Shown: piece after piece, positions 31,019 through 41,917 of the stretch
Layout: every line of letters begins with the position of its first letter
Position numbering within the stretch: position 1 is the first letter of the stretch
Assembly: GCA_004764695.1 (NCBI GenBank)
Contig: SMSO01000037.1
Span: 1,216,747 to 1,280,746, forward strand
DNA: 64,000 nucleotides
Origin: Schizochytrium sp. TIO01
Lineage: Eukaryota; Protista; Bigyra: Labyrinthulomycetes
Direction of reading: 5' to 3'
Notes under the pieces: generated by a model
Seen by the model: the letters and a program-made list of their open reading frames with translations, nothing else
The model's database searches: none
What the model was told of the DNA's origin: nothing
Program-made: the position numbers and the translations under genes

Positions 31019-33235
31019 ATGCCGGCGCGGAATGGTGAGGGTCGCGCTCAAAAGAATAATGTCGAGCGTAGCAGCAGTAGTAGCAGCATGAATAGTCGAA
31101 GTAATGGATACTCGAACAAAAACGAAGAAAGGGACCAAGAAATTCCTGGATTTGATCTGGAGTTTGACTTGACTACTATTGAGGAGGATCTTGCGAGATT
31201 TCAGGAGGATGAGGTTGTGCGAGACGCCTTGGCACGTGGGGTAGACCTCCGATCATACTCGAGGCAGATTGATGGCGACTTGAGGGCGCTTCAGGCAAGT
31301 TCAATTCCTGAATTTGTGCTGGAGGCTCCGGTTACTGCGGAATTGTATCGCGAACTGACTGCCTGTGACGAAGTGTTAGCATCCATGGAAACGGTACTAC
31401 TTGGATTTCAGGCGGATCTTGGTGGAATTAGTGACGAAATTCGACACCTCCAGGATGAGTCGCTTCTGATGAGTGTGAAGTTAAAGAATCGTCGCGCGGC
31501 AGAAGAGGAATTTTGCAATGTGCTAGAGAACCTAATTGTCCCTGAAACGCTAATTCTTGGACTGTGTCAAGGCGAGGTAAACGAGGACTATGTGCTATAT
31601 GTGCAGGAACTTGACCGCAAAATGAAGTTTGTTCGTAACAAAGATGCTGTTTCAGATACCTGCTCTGTAGCACCTAGTGATATGCAAGCTGTACAGGAAG
31701 TAGAGCCTCAGTTGGAGAAACTGCGCCTGAAGGCGGTGGCCAAGGTGCGGCAATTCTTACTGGACCAAATCAATGCGCTCAAAAAACCCAAAACAAATGT
31801 TCAGGTTATGCAACAAAATGTCCTTCTCAAGTACAAAATATTCATGACGTTTCTCTCCGGTCACGCTCCGGCTGTTGCAGAAGAAATTCGCGGTACTTAT
31901 GTGGACGCTATGACGCGCATTCTTTACACTCTCTTCAAGAGCTATATTAACAGCCTGCTCAAGTTGCAGATTCCAGGCCCTGTTAAAGAAGATATGATTG
32001 GCGCTGAGGAAAATGTAGTGGCTGCGCAAAAGACTAATCCTGCTTCAGCATTTGGGCCTACAAGCCTTGGCGAGCGCGAATCCGATCTCGGTGAGCCAGA
32101 ATCGCCACCGATTATTTTCCACCTTGCAAAATCCAAGGGCACGCAGTTTCATTTTGAATCTATCTTTCGCTCGATGCAAAAGCATCTCATGGATTCTGCT
32201 ACATCAGAGTATCTGTTTGTTCTTGAATTTTTTGACGCTCGTTCCCCAGACCTCTTCAACCAAATTTTCGCCAAAACACTGTCACTCTGTCTGGAACATG
32301 TGGAAAACTACCTGTATTCGTGCAATGATCCTATCGCCCTCTTGCTTATGATTCGCACTACACAATCGCACCGTTTGCAAATGGAGCGCCGCCGAGTGCC
32401 TGTACTAGATGGTTATTTTGACCATGTTGGCATGATGCTCTGGCCTCAATTCAAAAAAGTTTTTGATGCCAACTTACGCAGCCTCCGTACTACCGCGTTA
32501 GATAAACTTGGAGTACAACGACTCTCCCTGCAACCACATTATGTTTCACAACGCTATGCTCGTTTTACGTCTTCAGTCTACGCCATCAGTACCTCTCTGA
32601 GTACCTCTGACGACATGCTTCCACACCACCTTGCGACATTGAGGCAAGCTTACTTGGACCTTCTTGATCAGCTTGTAAAGACAGCTCTTCAGTCTCGTCA
32701 GCACCACCGTGCACTGGAGACACCTCGTGGCAAGCTTGTATTTAGGATTAACAATCTTGATGCGGTGATCAGCTACTTTTCCCGTGCTTCCCATTCTAGC
32801 AATCCGGAAGATTACCGTACCTTAGAAGAATCCTTGCTTTACGACGTGGAAATGTATATCGAGGAGGAGTTAAAACAGGTTCTTGGTCCTATGGTGGACT
32901 TTGTGAAAGAGTTTGGTCATAGTGATGAAGGTGCAGATCAGCATGCAGGTCTTTCTAGAAAGTCTCCAGATGAAGCAAGGTTGCGCAGCCTAGCTCAGGA
33001 CATTTCTTCACGATGGCGCGCAAGCCTCGAACAGCTCCATACTGATGTACAAAGTCATTTTGCGGCTTCACCTAAAACTGCGCGCGATGTTCTGCAGCGG
33101 ATGTTTGCACAATACTGCATTTACTATTCGAGTTTCCGGCAGATTGCTTCCAGAGCCCCTGGGGGTTCTGCTGCCGCAAAGCTTGTTGATGCGCAAGTTG
33201 TTATGGATGAAATGAAACGTTTCGGATCGCGATAG
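31019..33235 (+). CDS. VPS52: Vacuolar protein sorting 52 (GARP/EARP subunit)
   Basis: Motifs GVDLRSYS, CDEVLASME..L.GFQADLGGISDEIRHLQ.ES..MSVKLKNRR, LEKLRLKA..KVRQFLL, FRS....LMDSATSEYLF and PHYVSQRYA. First ATG is at 31019. Confidence 0.92.
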   Translation: MPARNGEGRAQKNNVERSSSSSSMNSRSNGYSNKNEERDQEIPGFDLEFDLTTIEEDLARFQEDEVVRDALARGVDLRSYSRQIDGDLRALQASSIPEFVLEAPVTAELYRELTACDEVLASMETVLLGFQADLGGISDEIRHLQDESLLMSVKLKNRRAAEEEFCNVLENLIVPETLILGLCQGEVNEDYVLYVQELDRKMKFVRNKDAVSDTCSVAPSDMQAVQEVEPQLEKLRLKAVAKVRQFLLDQINALKKPKTNVQVMQQNVLLKYKIFMTFLSGHAPAVAEEIRGTYVDAMTRILYTLFKSYINSLLKLQIPGPVKEDMIGAEENVVAAQKTNPASAFGPTSLGERESDLGEPESPPIIFHLAKSKGTQFHFESIFRSMQKHLMDSATSEYLFVLEFFDARSPDLFNQIFAKTLSLCLEHVENYLYSCNDPIALLLMIRTTQSHRLQMERRRVPVLDGYFDHVGMMLWPQFKKVFDANLRSLRTTALDKLGVQRLSLQPHYVSQRYARFTSSVYAISTSLSTSDDMLPHHLATLRQAYLDLLDQLVKTALQSRQHHRALETPRGKLVFRINNLDAVISYFSRASHSSNPEDYRTLEESLLYDVEMYIEEELKQVLGPMVDFVKEFGHSDEGADQHAGLSRKSPDEARLRSLAQDISSRWRASLEQLHTDVQSHFAASPKTARDVLQRMFAQYCIYYSSFRQIASRAPGGSAAAKLVDAQVVMDEMKRFGSR

Positions 33236-33765
33236 TCAATACACCATTAAATTATCTCACAACCCTGTGTAAATCAACAACAAAAATAGTGCTTTTAATT
33301 TACCAAATATGATTTACTCTCTCTTTGAAGGAAGGTTCATAGTTTCATGAGTATTTTGTTGCCAACCATTTCTTTGCTCTTTCTGGTGACACAAAATGTT
33401 TCTTGAAAGTAGCCAAGTGCAGTCTGCATGACTAATTGACTTTAAAAAATAATAATAATTAAAAAAACTAAGGTGCATTTCTGTACAAGTCAAGGTTTAC
33501 TCCTTAAAGATAGGTATGTCAGAATGACTCTGTGTTAAGGTAGCACAGAAGCGCGAATACCTAACCTAAGAATGGCTATTCTCCTCCGAAGAAATGATTA
33601 GGAAACAAAACAAAAAAGGGAGAACATTCTTCATTGAACAAAGTAAAACATAGAAGCACGGCGCGAAGCCAGAGACATGATCAAGAGCTCATTACAGGAC
33701 CAACATTGGTCTTAAAGTCAGCACAGAGAGATCAGCGTAATAAAACAAATTAGTAACTCGCTTGC

Positions 33766-36075
33766 TCAAAAAATAGGATGAATGCCATTGGTGCGTTGCT
33801 GGAATCGTTCATAAAAAACTGTGCCGGGATGTTGTTTTGCCTTGAGAATCAGTTCGTCAAGCTTGGCTTCAACCTGCTCATCACTGAGGCCTAGCATCAA
33901 GCGCTGACGCAATTCCCTGATTACGCGCATGACTCCGCCACCTGGTTGGTTGAAAGCAGGTAGATTCGACTTGTACCCTGTAATTCCGATAAGATTTTCT
34001 AGCGTGTCCGAGCATTTTCGCGCAGAGAGAAAACCGCGCAAGCACAACTCTTTAAAGTAAGCCCAGTTTTGATGGCTCGTACCTCCCATTACCTCAACCA
34101 TTTCATTGGTCAACTTAAATGCAGCACGTTCGGGTGAAAAATTCGTGCGGCCAACCTTATCCTTACCAGGCGCCATCGCAAAGATAAAACCGTAGTCAAT
34201 GTGAACGACCCGCCCATCTTCACGCAGCATGATGTTGCCATTATGGCGATCGTGGATCCCAAAAATATAACATAGCATGGAATACCCTGCCATAGACTCT
34301 ACAAAGCACTTTCGCGCAGATGCCATTTCCTGCGGGGTCTTGTAAGTTCGTTCAAAGTGTTCTTGCAGAGTAACATTTCGCTTCTCCTGTTCAGCATACT
34401 TGCTCTTGATGCCATCGATCGAGTCTGAGTCCTCGACAACCTCAATGAGTCCTGTGGACTTGCTTGTAGAGAGAATACGGTACGGAAATAGCCAAAGGTT
34501 GAGACCTTCAGACGTCCATACATCGTTAATAAAGTAAATAAGCTGCATCATGAACATTTCTTGACGCAAATCATCATTACTTTTTGCTATGACGTGCTGC
34601 CACCTCGTCTCCACAGGGGTAGCATGACGCGATATGTTAGAGGCTTCACGCGAAAGCTGATTCTCCTCGGCCCAAATTGATGATGGTGAGCGCTGCAATG
34701 TACTTTTGAAGACGGACGCAATCCGCTTCCCAAGAGAGACTTCTTCCCCGTCTGTAGAGTTCTGTTCTCCATAATGAGCGTGAAGAGTTGTAGCAATATC
34801 TGCCCCAGACGCTCCAACTTTAAACGTAAGAAGCACTGGCACCCGTTCCTTAGTAGAAAAAGCATGACCACCGTTGGAGTCAATGTCAACAACACCTTCA
34901 AACTCTGCCGTTGACTGTTTCAAAGGAATGTAAACACCAACCGAAGGATGTATGTGCTTCCCAAGGCGTAAACACTGTCTTTTGAGAGCACCGGCACGAT
35001 CTGTTTTATCAAATCCTCTCAAGCTTTCAGAAATCTCAGTCAACTCACGAACAAACTTGAGCTCCTCTGTGAAAAATTTATAGCGAGCAACTTGAGCAAC
35101 ACTAGTTTCTGCATCAATAAGATCTGACGCGCGAATGACAGGGGGCTGCTCAGCGGCCTTTTTTAAACTTTTGATCCATTTCTGGCGAGTGGCCTCGTTC
35201 GGAGCCGCAAGTTTAAATACCCGGCCTGTACTCTTATCGTGCAGCTCGAAATAGAACTGATAGGTATGGTGCGGGCATTCTACAACCTCTGTGGCAAATA
35301 GAGGTACCGCACGTTTGAGGGCATTATCCCGAATACGAAAGCACATTAGCAGTCGGTCTTTAATGACAAAACGGCGCTGCTTCCAACCCTTAGGAGCAAA
35401 CATATTCGAGCGCGTCGAGCGTTTGAACATAAGCTCGCCTTCCAGGGAGGCCTCCTCAGAGTGGCCATATGCTACAAGTCGCCGAGCATGGGCAAGCCGT
35501 AACTGACGCAGCTGCCCATCAAGGTTAATTTTGTCAATCTCACCTTGTTGGAATTGTTCTTCAAGATCTACAACCTCGCCATTATCGCCGTAAACCACGG
35601 CTCTTTCAAGAGAATAAATGAGAGACGCACAACGAAGATATAGTTCGGGGTTTGCTTGAGGATTCTTTTTCCCATTTTCAAGCTCCGGCTGTGAGTCTTC
35701 AAGGTAACCTGAAAGCTGCCAGAAGGTTAGGAAGGCAAAATGCATAGAAACTTGGCACACCATAAGCATAAATTCCTGCAAAACGTCCTCTGAAACGTAG
35801 TCTAGATGCACAAGCATATGTACGAGCTGTGGAAGGTAGAACTCTACTCCATCAAGGAGTACCTTACTTGAGTGGCGCTCCTCCAACATACGTACAACGG
35901 TGTTGAGTAGCTCCGGCCGATCACGGGCTTTCCACATGAGTGACGTAATTGTACCCATATCCATGGTTTCTTCATCCTTTAGGTCGTCCACTTCAGAACT
36001 TAGATGTTTCTCGCCTGAGTTATGGGAGTATGTCTGGTCGCCGTGCTCAACCTTGAGCTTCGTGATCGATGCCAT
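33766..36075 (-). CDS. Phosphatidylinositol 4-kinase (type III beta-like) with internal PH domain
   Basis: Helical-domain EFYLPQL. PH-like LEGELMFKR...WKQRRFVIKD.LLMCF...FKLAAPNEATRQKWIKSL. Kinase motifs FSTKERVP, IAKSNDDLRQE, DRHNGN, HIDYGF and ERAAFKLT. Confidence 0.9.
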   Translation of the reverse strand: MASITKLKVEHGDQTYSHNSGEKHLSSEVDDLKDEETMDMGTITSLMWKARDRPELLNTVVRMLEERHSSKVLLDGVEFYLPQLVHMLVHLDYVSEDVLQEFMLMVCQVSMHFAFLTFWQLSGYLEDSQPELENGKKNPQANPELYLRCASLIYSLERAVVYGDNGEVVDLEEQFQQGEIDKINLDGQLRQLRLAHARRLVAYGHSEEASLEGELMFKRSTRSNMFAPKGWKQRRFVIKDRLLMCFRIRDNALKRAVPLFATEVVECPHHTYQFYFELHDKSTGRVFKLAAPNEATRQKWIKSLKKAAEQPPVIRASDLIDAETSVAQVARYKFFTEELKFVRELTEISESLRGFDKTDRAGALKRQCLRLGKHIHPSVGVYIPLKQSTAEFEGVVDIDSNGGHAFSTKERVPVLLTFKVGASGADIATTLHAHYGEQNSTDGEEVSLGKRIASVFKSTLQRSPSSIWAEENQLSREASNISRHATPVETRWQHVIAKSNDDLRQEMFMMQLIYFINDVWTSEGLNLWLFPYRILSTSKSTGLIEVVEDSDSIDGIKSKYAEQEKRNVTLQEHFERTYKTPQEMASARKCFVESMAGYSMLCYIFGIHDRHNGNIMLREDGRVVHIDYGFIFAMAPGKDKVGRTNFSPERAAFKLTNEMVEVMGGTSHQNWAYFKELCLRGFLSARKCSDTLENLIGITGYKSNLPAFNQPGGGVMRVIRELRQRLMLGLSDEQVEAKLDELILKAKQHPGTVFYERFQQRTNGIHPIF

Positions 36076-38981
36076 TTTAATTCTTTGCAGTGAAACCTAT
36101 TCACTCTTCCTTGTTCTCCGCCGTGACAACTAGAACCTAAGGTTGGGCTTCTGCACGAAAAGGGATTGTAAGCCCGTTGGCGTTGCCTACGAGCCTTTGT
36201 TGATGACAAATTGCTGAGTGAAAAAGGTAGGTACGCCAAATTCAGCACTTTTCGTAGGATTCTTGGCTATTCTCCCTTTTAAACTGTTTACTGTCTAATG
36301 TACGCGAGCTTTCACGTGTCTCTATCACAAGTCAAAATTATCCTATATTGTCAACAGCAGCCGCCAGCAAGATGATGTTCTAGGTATGCTCGAGTGACTG
36401 ACCAAGCCGTAGATCAGTCACCACTGCTATTAAGTACCTGTACTCTTAAGCAGAAATAGTAGCACAGTAGGTAGGTACCTGACCCAGCAAGAGTTTTGAG
36501 CTGCCAAACCAGCGTGTACCTCCGTTCTATGAAGCAGCGCTCACCGAGCTTCCTTGACTTGGCAGAAAGGCTCTGTAAAGACAGCAACGCTCAGCAAGTA
36601 TGGTGCCAAAGTATTGTCGTCAAGAGACTCCACGTTTGAGCAAAAAGGCCTGCCGGTATCGCGCAGATGTTTGTCTGTTTGATCGATTGATCAGATGGGT
36701 GCAGTAAAACTAATCAGGTGTAATGCGGAAACTGATCTAGTGGTATTTCCAAGTTCTACTGTTTGGCAGCTGTCCACGAAACAAACAATCCTTGGCCAGT
36801 TTCACGGACCTTGCGGCCATGAAACTTGTCTGCAAGCTACTTCTCCTAATATTGGGCTTTCTGCTTTGCTCCGGACAGCTCTTTCATTCTCTACACTCTA
36901 CACTTTCAAAGGAAGTAGGTACTAGGTCACACAGAGTGCACGCGTTCATTCAATCTCATTCTCATTTAAGCTACTCTCACAAAACCTTTCGCTCACCTTA
37001 CTAGTAGGTCGCCGTCAGCTAACTTGCAGGCAGATTGGTCATGGGAACTGGACTAGAAGGCCCATGACTTCCCGAGAAACTTTACTTAGTGGGGCTCAGC
37101 AGCTGCACCTCAGCAACACGAGAGTCTGCGCTTTCATGGTAGTAGTATTAATATGCTCGTAGCGTCATCCTAGATAAAAGTCGTAGCACACAATGCGCCT
37201 GCACGTGCTGCGAGGCGAAGCGAACTCTATACACGTGAGGGTAAAAAATTGGAGCTTGCAACTCAAGAGCTAGAAGGCTTGAACGCGCCTATTACTTAAG
37301 TACTTCATAGGAAGCAGTCGAATGGTGTAGAGCTGGATTTGACGTTGAGCTTTTCCTGTGGATAATCAGAGTTCCTAACTTAAAGGCATTTCCGACAGAT
37401 TCATTGAACGGAACTTGAGTCCAGCTCGCTACAACTTAGCTCGCTAGGGTCCGGATGAATGTACAGAGCTGAGTATTAAAAACACGGCGGGGGAAGGGGG
37501 AACATTGAAATGTAAGCAAGACATCCACGCGCGGGTTATAGAACTTTTTTGTTGTTTGTATTTTTGGGGAATAGCAGAAATGGAAACTATGAGTGAGACT
37601 ATCTCCTTATATCTAAAAGCGCACCTAAACTTGAATTTATTGAAACCCAGACATATTTACTGTAATCTACAAAGAAAAAAGAATCGCTAACTATCTTTAC
37701 TAATTCTGTGGAATACTGAAAACATAATGGTACCTATGCCTGCCTACCATGCAAGCTAATCTGCTAGCTGTAGTATGCTTTAAGGCACACCGCATAATAA
37801 TGAACAAAGTTATCTCATAAAATTCTTTAATCAAAAGGATGTTGTTTGTAAAGAAGCTTCTCAATACTTGTCATGCACAAGCCAGGGGTCATATCCGTTA
37901 ATCTAGATAGTTTTCGTAGTGAACTAATATTATATTATAAGAGCCATCTTCCTTAACTACTTTACGACTGTCTTAAGTCAAAGAAAAAGTAGGGAGACGA
38001 CGGCATCAATGTAAATAATCAAATAACTTTCCCTCGATCCCTTGCTTTAAAAAAGTTAAGGACCATGTAAGAGGTTAGTAGCATATTGTTGAACAGCCGT
38101 GTTGGGTGCGTCTCTACTCTAGTAAGTCTTTGAGATAAAATAAATGATTTATTTTTGTAATGAATTTGACATTTTGACCCTTCTCAACACGAACAAAGGC
38201 GACCACAATCCTCCTTCCTTTTGTATCTGGTATTTTGCAAGTAATTGTATTTCTTCTTTGTGTCTAGTTGGACTACTATGAGCGTTTAAAAGAAAGGTCC
38301 CAGGATGGAAAATCCTATTCTGCAGAACTAGCAATTTGGGTTGAGTCTTCCCCTTTCGCACATTAGAAGCTTTGTGTGGCTCGGCCAATCGCGATGTTTA
38401 TCCACGTGTCCCAGAATCCTAGAATATGCATAGATATAGCGCGCAGAATAAAGAAAGACCGAGGTCAAGTCAATTTAGTCATCGTAAATCTATTGTACCT
38501 CAACCAACTTTATGCATAACTAGCTAGCATCAGTTCTCTTCTCTTTGATGAATTTGGAATCTTTCAAATAGGTTTCTTTCTGCCAAGAAGAATGTGAATC
38601 AACTTTTCGTCTTGACTCTCTAGATCGATTTTTCACGAAGTATCTGAAAGGGCCTTCCAAACTAGTTTTGCTGGCTTCCATTCTGATGCAGAGTCTTCAG
38701 GTCTTCGCTCTCCTAGATTAGTATCACTCCCAAAATCAAAATATCCCAAATATACAGAATAGATGCAAAGTCCTATGACTACTACTAGCAGATACATAGC
38801 GTTAGTCTAACGGCAGCTCCATTCTATTTTCTTTTCAGGACTCGATCCAAACTATAATTGCTTGTAGCTTCGACGGTTCGTTGCCTCGGGTGCCTGCGAG
38901 CTAAACTTTGTCGCCAATCATCTTTTCGTAATACCTAGCATTGGTTTGCGTAGCAAAAATAATCAGTCATAAACAGCCGAT

Positions 38982-41003
38982 ATGGCGCTCGAGATCGGCA
39001 GCCGCGTGAAGCTTCCTCATCTTGGCGATGCCATGGGCACGGTGCGGTATGTAGGCCCAGTGCACTACAGCAAAGGTGACGACTGGGTGGGTGTGGAAAT
39101 GGACGACCCTGTCGGCAAAAACAACGGCACTGTCAAAGGAACGGCCTACTTTGTTTGTGACGATAAATTTGGTGTTTTCACTCGCGCTGCAAGCGTGCAA
39201 GTCCAGAACAAGCAACAGAAACAAAATATCTCTTCACAGGCGGCATTAGGTCAAGAGAACAGATCTGTGGACGAAATTAAACGAGCTGGAAATGAGCGTT
39301 TTGTGGCCAAAGACTTTGAAGGAGCTATGCTGCTTTACTCAGAAGCCTTGCAGCAAGATCCTTGCAATTCAATCCTTCGAGGCAATCGCGCAGCTTGCTT
39401 TTTGGAGCTTGATGACCCTGACAATGCCTTGACTGATGCAGATACTGCAATCCGCGAGCAGCCATCGTGGTGGAAGGCCCATATGCGTCGTGGCAAAGCT
39501 CTAAAGATGCTCATGGACTTTGAGGGGGCTGCGCAGAGTTTGTCTAAAGCCGCTGAACTAGTCACGGACATGCAGCACCGCAACGAACTTCTGAAGCTCG
39601 CTCAAGAGTGCCTCCAAGAGGCCATGCAGGAGAGCACCATGACAGATATGATGCCCGCGGAAGAACCAGCATGGTTCGATGCCCTCCCACCTGAAATTGC
39701 GCAGCAAGCCCGATCAGACCCCCAGTTTATGCAGCTATTAATGGAGGAGATGCAGAACGCCGAAATGGAAATGGGCATGGATATGGGCATGAACTTTGGA
39801 GGAGAAATGGGCATGCCACCCATGGTACCTGGTATGGAAGGAATGCCAGGTATGCCAGGTATGGCTGACATGGATGACATGGGCGCTATGATGGGAATGA
39901 GCATGATGGGTGGAAGCCCAGGTGGCATTGAAAAGCAACGTCTGAAGCGGCCTATTCTGTTGATTTTGCCTCTTCACGAAGCTGCGAAGGAAGGTAATGT
40001 CGAGGAGCTCCAAAAGGCTTTGCAGGAGGGCGCTGAGGTTGCAGAACTTGACTCTCACGGAAGGTCAGCTCTTGCATGGGCATGCCTTGGTGGGCATCTT
40101 GATGCTGCGCGTGTCTTGATCGATGCTGGGGCACCAGTGGACCCACCTATCAAAGAAAAGACCAAGGCGGAGGTAAAGGCGAGCGATGATGATGAAGACG
40201 ATGAAGATATTGCCATTCCTCTGCATTTTGCTGTTCGCTCTGGCTCTAAGGATGTTGTTGACCTCTTGCTTGAAAGAGGGGCTCGGCCATTGTTGCAAGA
40301 ACCAATCCTCGGACACAATGCTTTACACCAGGCTGTGAAGTCTGGACAGACTGAGCTTGTTTTGCACTTACTTGACCGCTATGGTGCGGAATTAGGGGAC
40401 CAAGAGGATTTACGAGGGATCTCTCCGCTTTGCTTAGCTTGTACGGTGAAGTACTCCGGAGATCGCATAGAACTTTTGCGCGAAATGCTTGCTCGGAACG
40501 CCTCCGTTACAGCTGGTGTGCTGTACTCTGTTTTAACTCGTGTAGATGACGAAAAAGTACTTGCATTGCTTCAATCCCACACACCGAATGCTCGTATTGA
40601 TGCCAGCCCAGCTTTGCGCAATGAATCAGGTGCGAACCTACTGCACCTTGCTGCAAAAGCTACTCCTGAGACCGAGGCTGTAAACCAGCTGAAAACCTTT
40701 CTCGAAGGTGGTATGGCTCCTTTTGTGAATGACGTTGATGATCATGGTTTTTCTCCACTTGGTGTTGCTTGCCAGCGCAAAGGTTACCCTGGTGTCTTAC
40801 GCGTTCTTGTCGAAGCTGGCGCAGACGTGAATGCGGCCCAGGGCCCCTCAGGCGATCGTCCATTGCACATGGTTGGCTCGGAGTCCAACGAACAGGCATG
40901 GCAAACACTTTTGAAATTTGGGGCAGATGAAAATGCTCTGAATAATGATGGTAACCCACCAAAGCTGCGCCCTAATCTCGCTGACAAGTGTTCAATCATG
41001 TAA
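38982..41003 (+). CDS. CAP-Gly - TPR - Met/Gly-rich - ankyrin repeat protein
   Basis: CAP-Gly (GTVRYVG..WVGVEMDDPVGKNNGTVKG..YF.C..KFGVF), three TPRs (KRAGNERF..., NRAACF..., KAHMRRGKA), a GM-rich linker and about 7 ankyrin repeats. Confidence 0.9.
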   Translation: MALEIGSRVKLPHLGDAMGTVRYVGPVHYSKGDDWVGVEMDDPVGKNNGTVKGTAYFVCDDKFGVFTRAASVQVQNKQQKQNISSQAALGQENRSVDEIKRAGNERFVAKDFEGAMLLYSEALQQDPCNSILRGNRAACFLELDDPDNALTDADTAIREQPSWWKAHMRRGKALKMLMDFEGAAQSLSKAAELVTDMQHRNELLKLAQECLQEAMQESTMTDMMPAEEPAWFDALPPEIAQQARSDPQFMQLLMEEMQNAEMEMGMDMGMNFGGEMGMPPMVPGMEGMPGMPGMADMDDMGAMMGMSMMGGSPGGIEKQRLKRPILLILPLHEAAKEGNVEELQKALQEGAEVAELDSHGRSALAWACLGGHLDAARVLIDAGAPVDPPIKEKTKAEVKASDDDEDDEDIAIPLHFAVRSGSKDVVDLLLERGARPLLQEPILGHNALHQAVKSGQTELVLHLLDRYGAELGDQEDLRGISPLCLACTVKYSGDRIELLREMLARNASVTAGVLYSVLTRVDDEKVLALLQSHTPNARIDASPALRNESGANLLHLAAKATPETEAVNQLKTFLEGGMAPFVNDVDDHGFSPLGVACQRKGYPGVLRVLVEAGADVNAAQGPSGDRPLHMVGSESNEQAWQTLLKFGADENALNNDGNPPKLRPNLADKCSIM

Positions 41004-41640
41004 AATTTCTCTCAAATTCCCAAGTTTAAACAGATCGAGGTTAGTCTCACGTGGCTGCTGCTTGATTGCAATTCTTAGTATATCAGATATCATCATTCCA
41101 GCTGATTGGCACGGATATCTCTCTCTGCTCTATACAGGGATAAACGCAATTCTAAATTAAAAGTAACAATTCTCAAGTGAGGACTTGGCTTTTCACTTAC
41201 ATCGTTACTTGCGTATATGCGATTGCCTCCGGGGAAGCACTCGAAGGGCCCTTGCCGAGACGCCAAAATTCTCGTTGAAGTACTTTGCTGGCTTGAGTTG
41301 TAGATTTGCTTCACTTGCAGTGTTTGGAGCTTGGTGGTTCCATGGCCGTGCCAATTCCTTACCAGACGCTTCTTAACAAAGACCTAAATAATGAGAATAT
41401 ATTATTTACATCGAATATTAACCATTTTTGGAGGTTATATAAATTCCAACATTCTCATAGATACAACAAGAAAGCAAAGCTGCTTAGGTGATGATAAGTG
41501 CCTAGCTTATTATGTTTGGAAATGATTATTTCAATTTTAATTTTATTTTTTTAAATTGAAAAAGTTAAAATGTGCACATCAAGATGATCTTGTGTTACAT
41601 TATCTTATTTAATTTGATTTTAGGAAAAAAAAAAAATAGT

Positions 41641-41654
41641 AAAAAATAAAAAAA
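41641..41654 (-). terminator. RNA polymerase III oligo-T terminator of tRNA-Tyr
   Basis: T-runs lie immediately 3' of the tRNA on the minus strand. Confidence 0.7.
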
Positions 41655-41656
41655 GA

Positions 41657-41744
41657 TCTCGCCGACAGGAATCGAACCAGTGACCAATGGAAATTTGAAA
41701 TGTAACGCTACAATCCATCGCTCTACCAACTGAGCTACAGCGAG
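41657..41744 (-). tRNA. trnY: tRNA-Tyr (GUA) with 15-nt intron (41693-41707)
   Basis: Acceptor stem CTCGCTG/CGGCGAG with A73, D arm GCTC-AGTTGGTA-GAGC, anticodon stem ATGGA/TCCAT with GTA, intron after position 37 and T loop TTCGATT. It is 73 nt after splicing and has the eukaryotic Tyr identity pair C1:G72. Confidence 0.93.
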
Positions 41745-41917
41745 TCGAGATGTTGGGGGAGGGAGACATGAACTATATATATTTATGGAATCTTCATTTA
41801 TGTCGACATCAAAGGAACTTGATGTAGGTTCCAATGTGAATTTGATGTGATACCAGGCAACTTTAAGATGGAAATTATCTGAAAATAGTTTACTTACATA
41901 GGGAACTTGTGACTATC

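Noticed and set aside
37200-37500. SRP RNA or snRNA gene
   Set aside because: No SRP helix-8 motif, Alu-domain motif or Sm site was recognisable on either strand.
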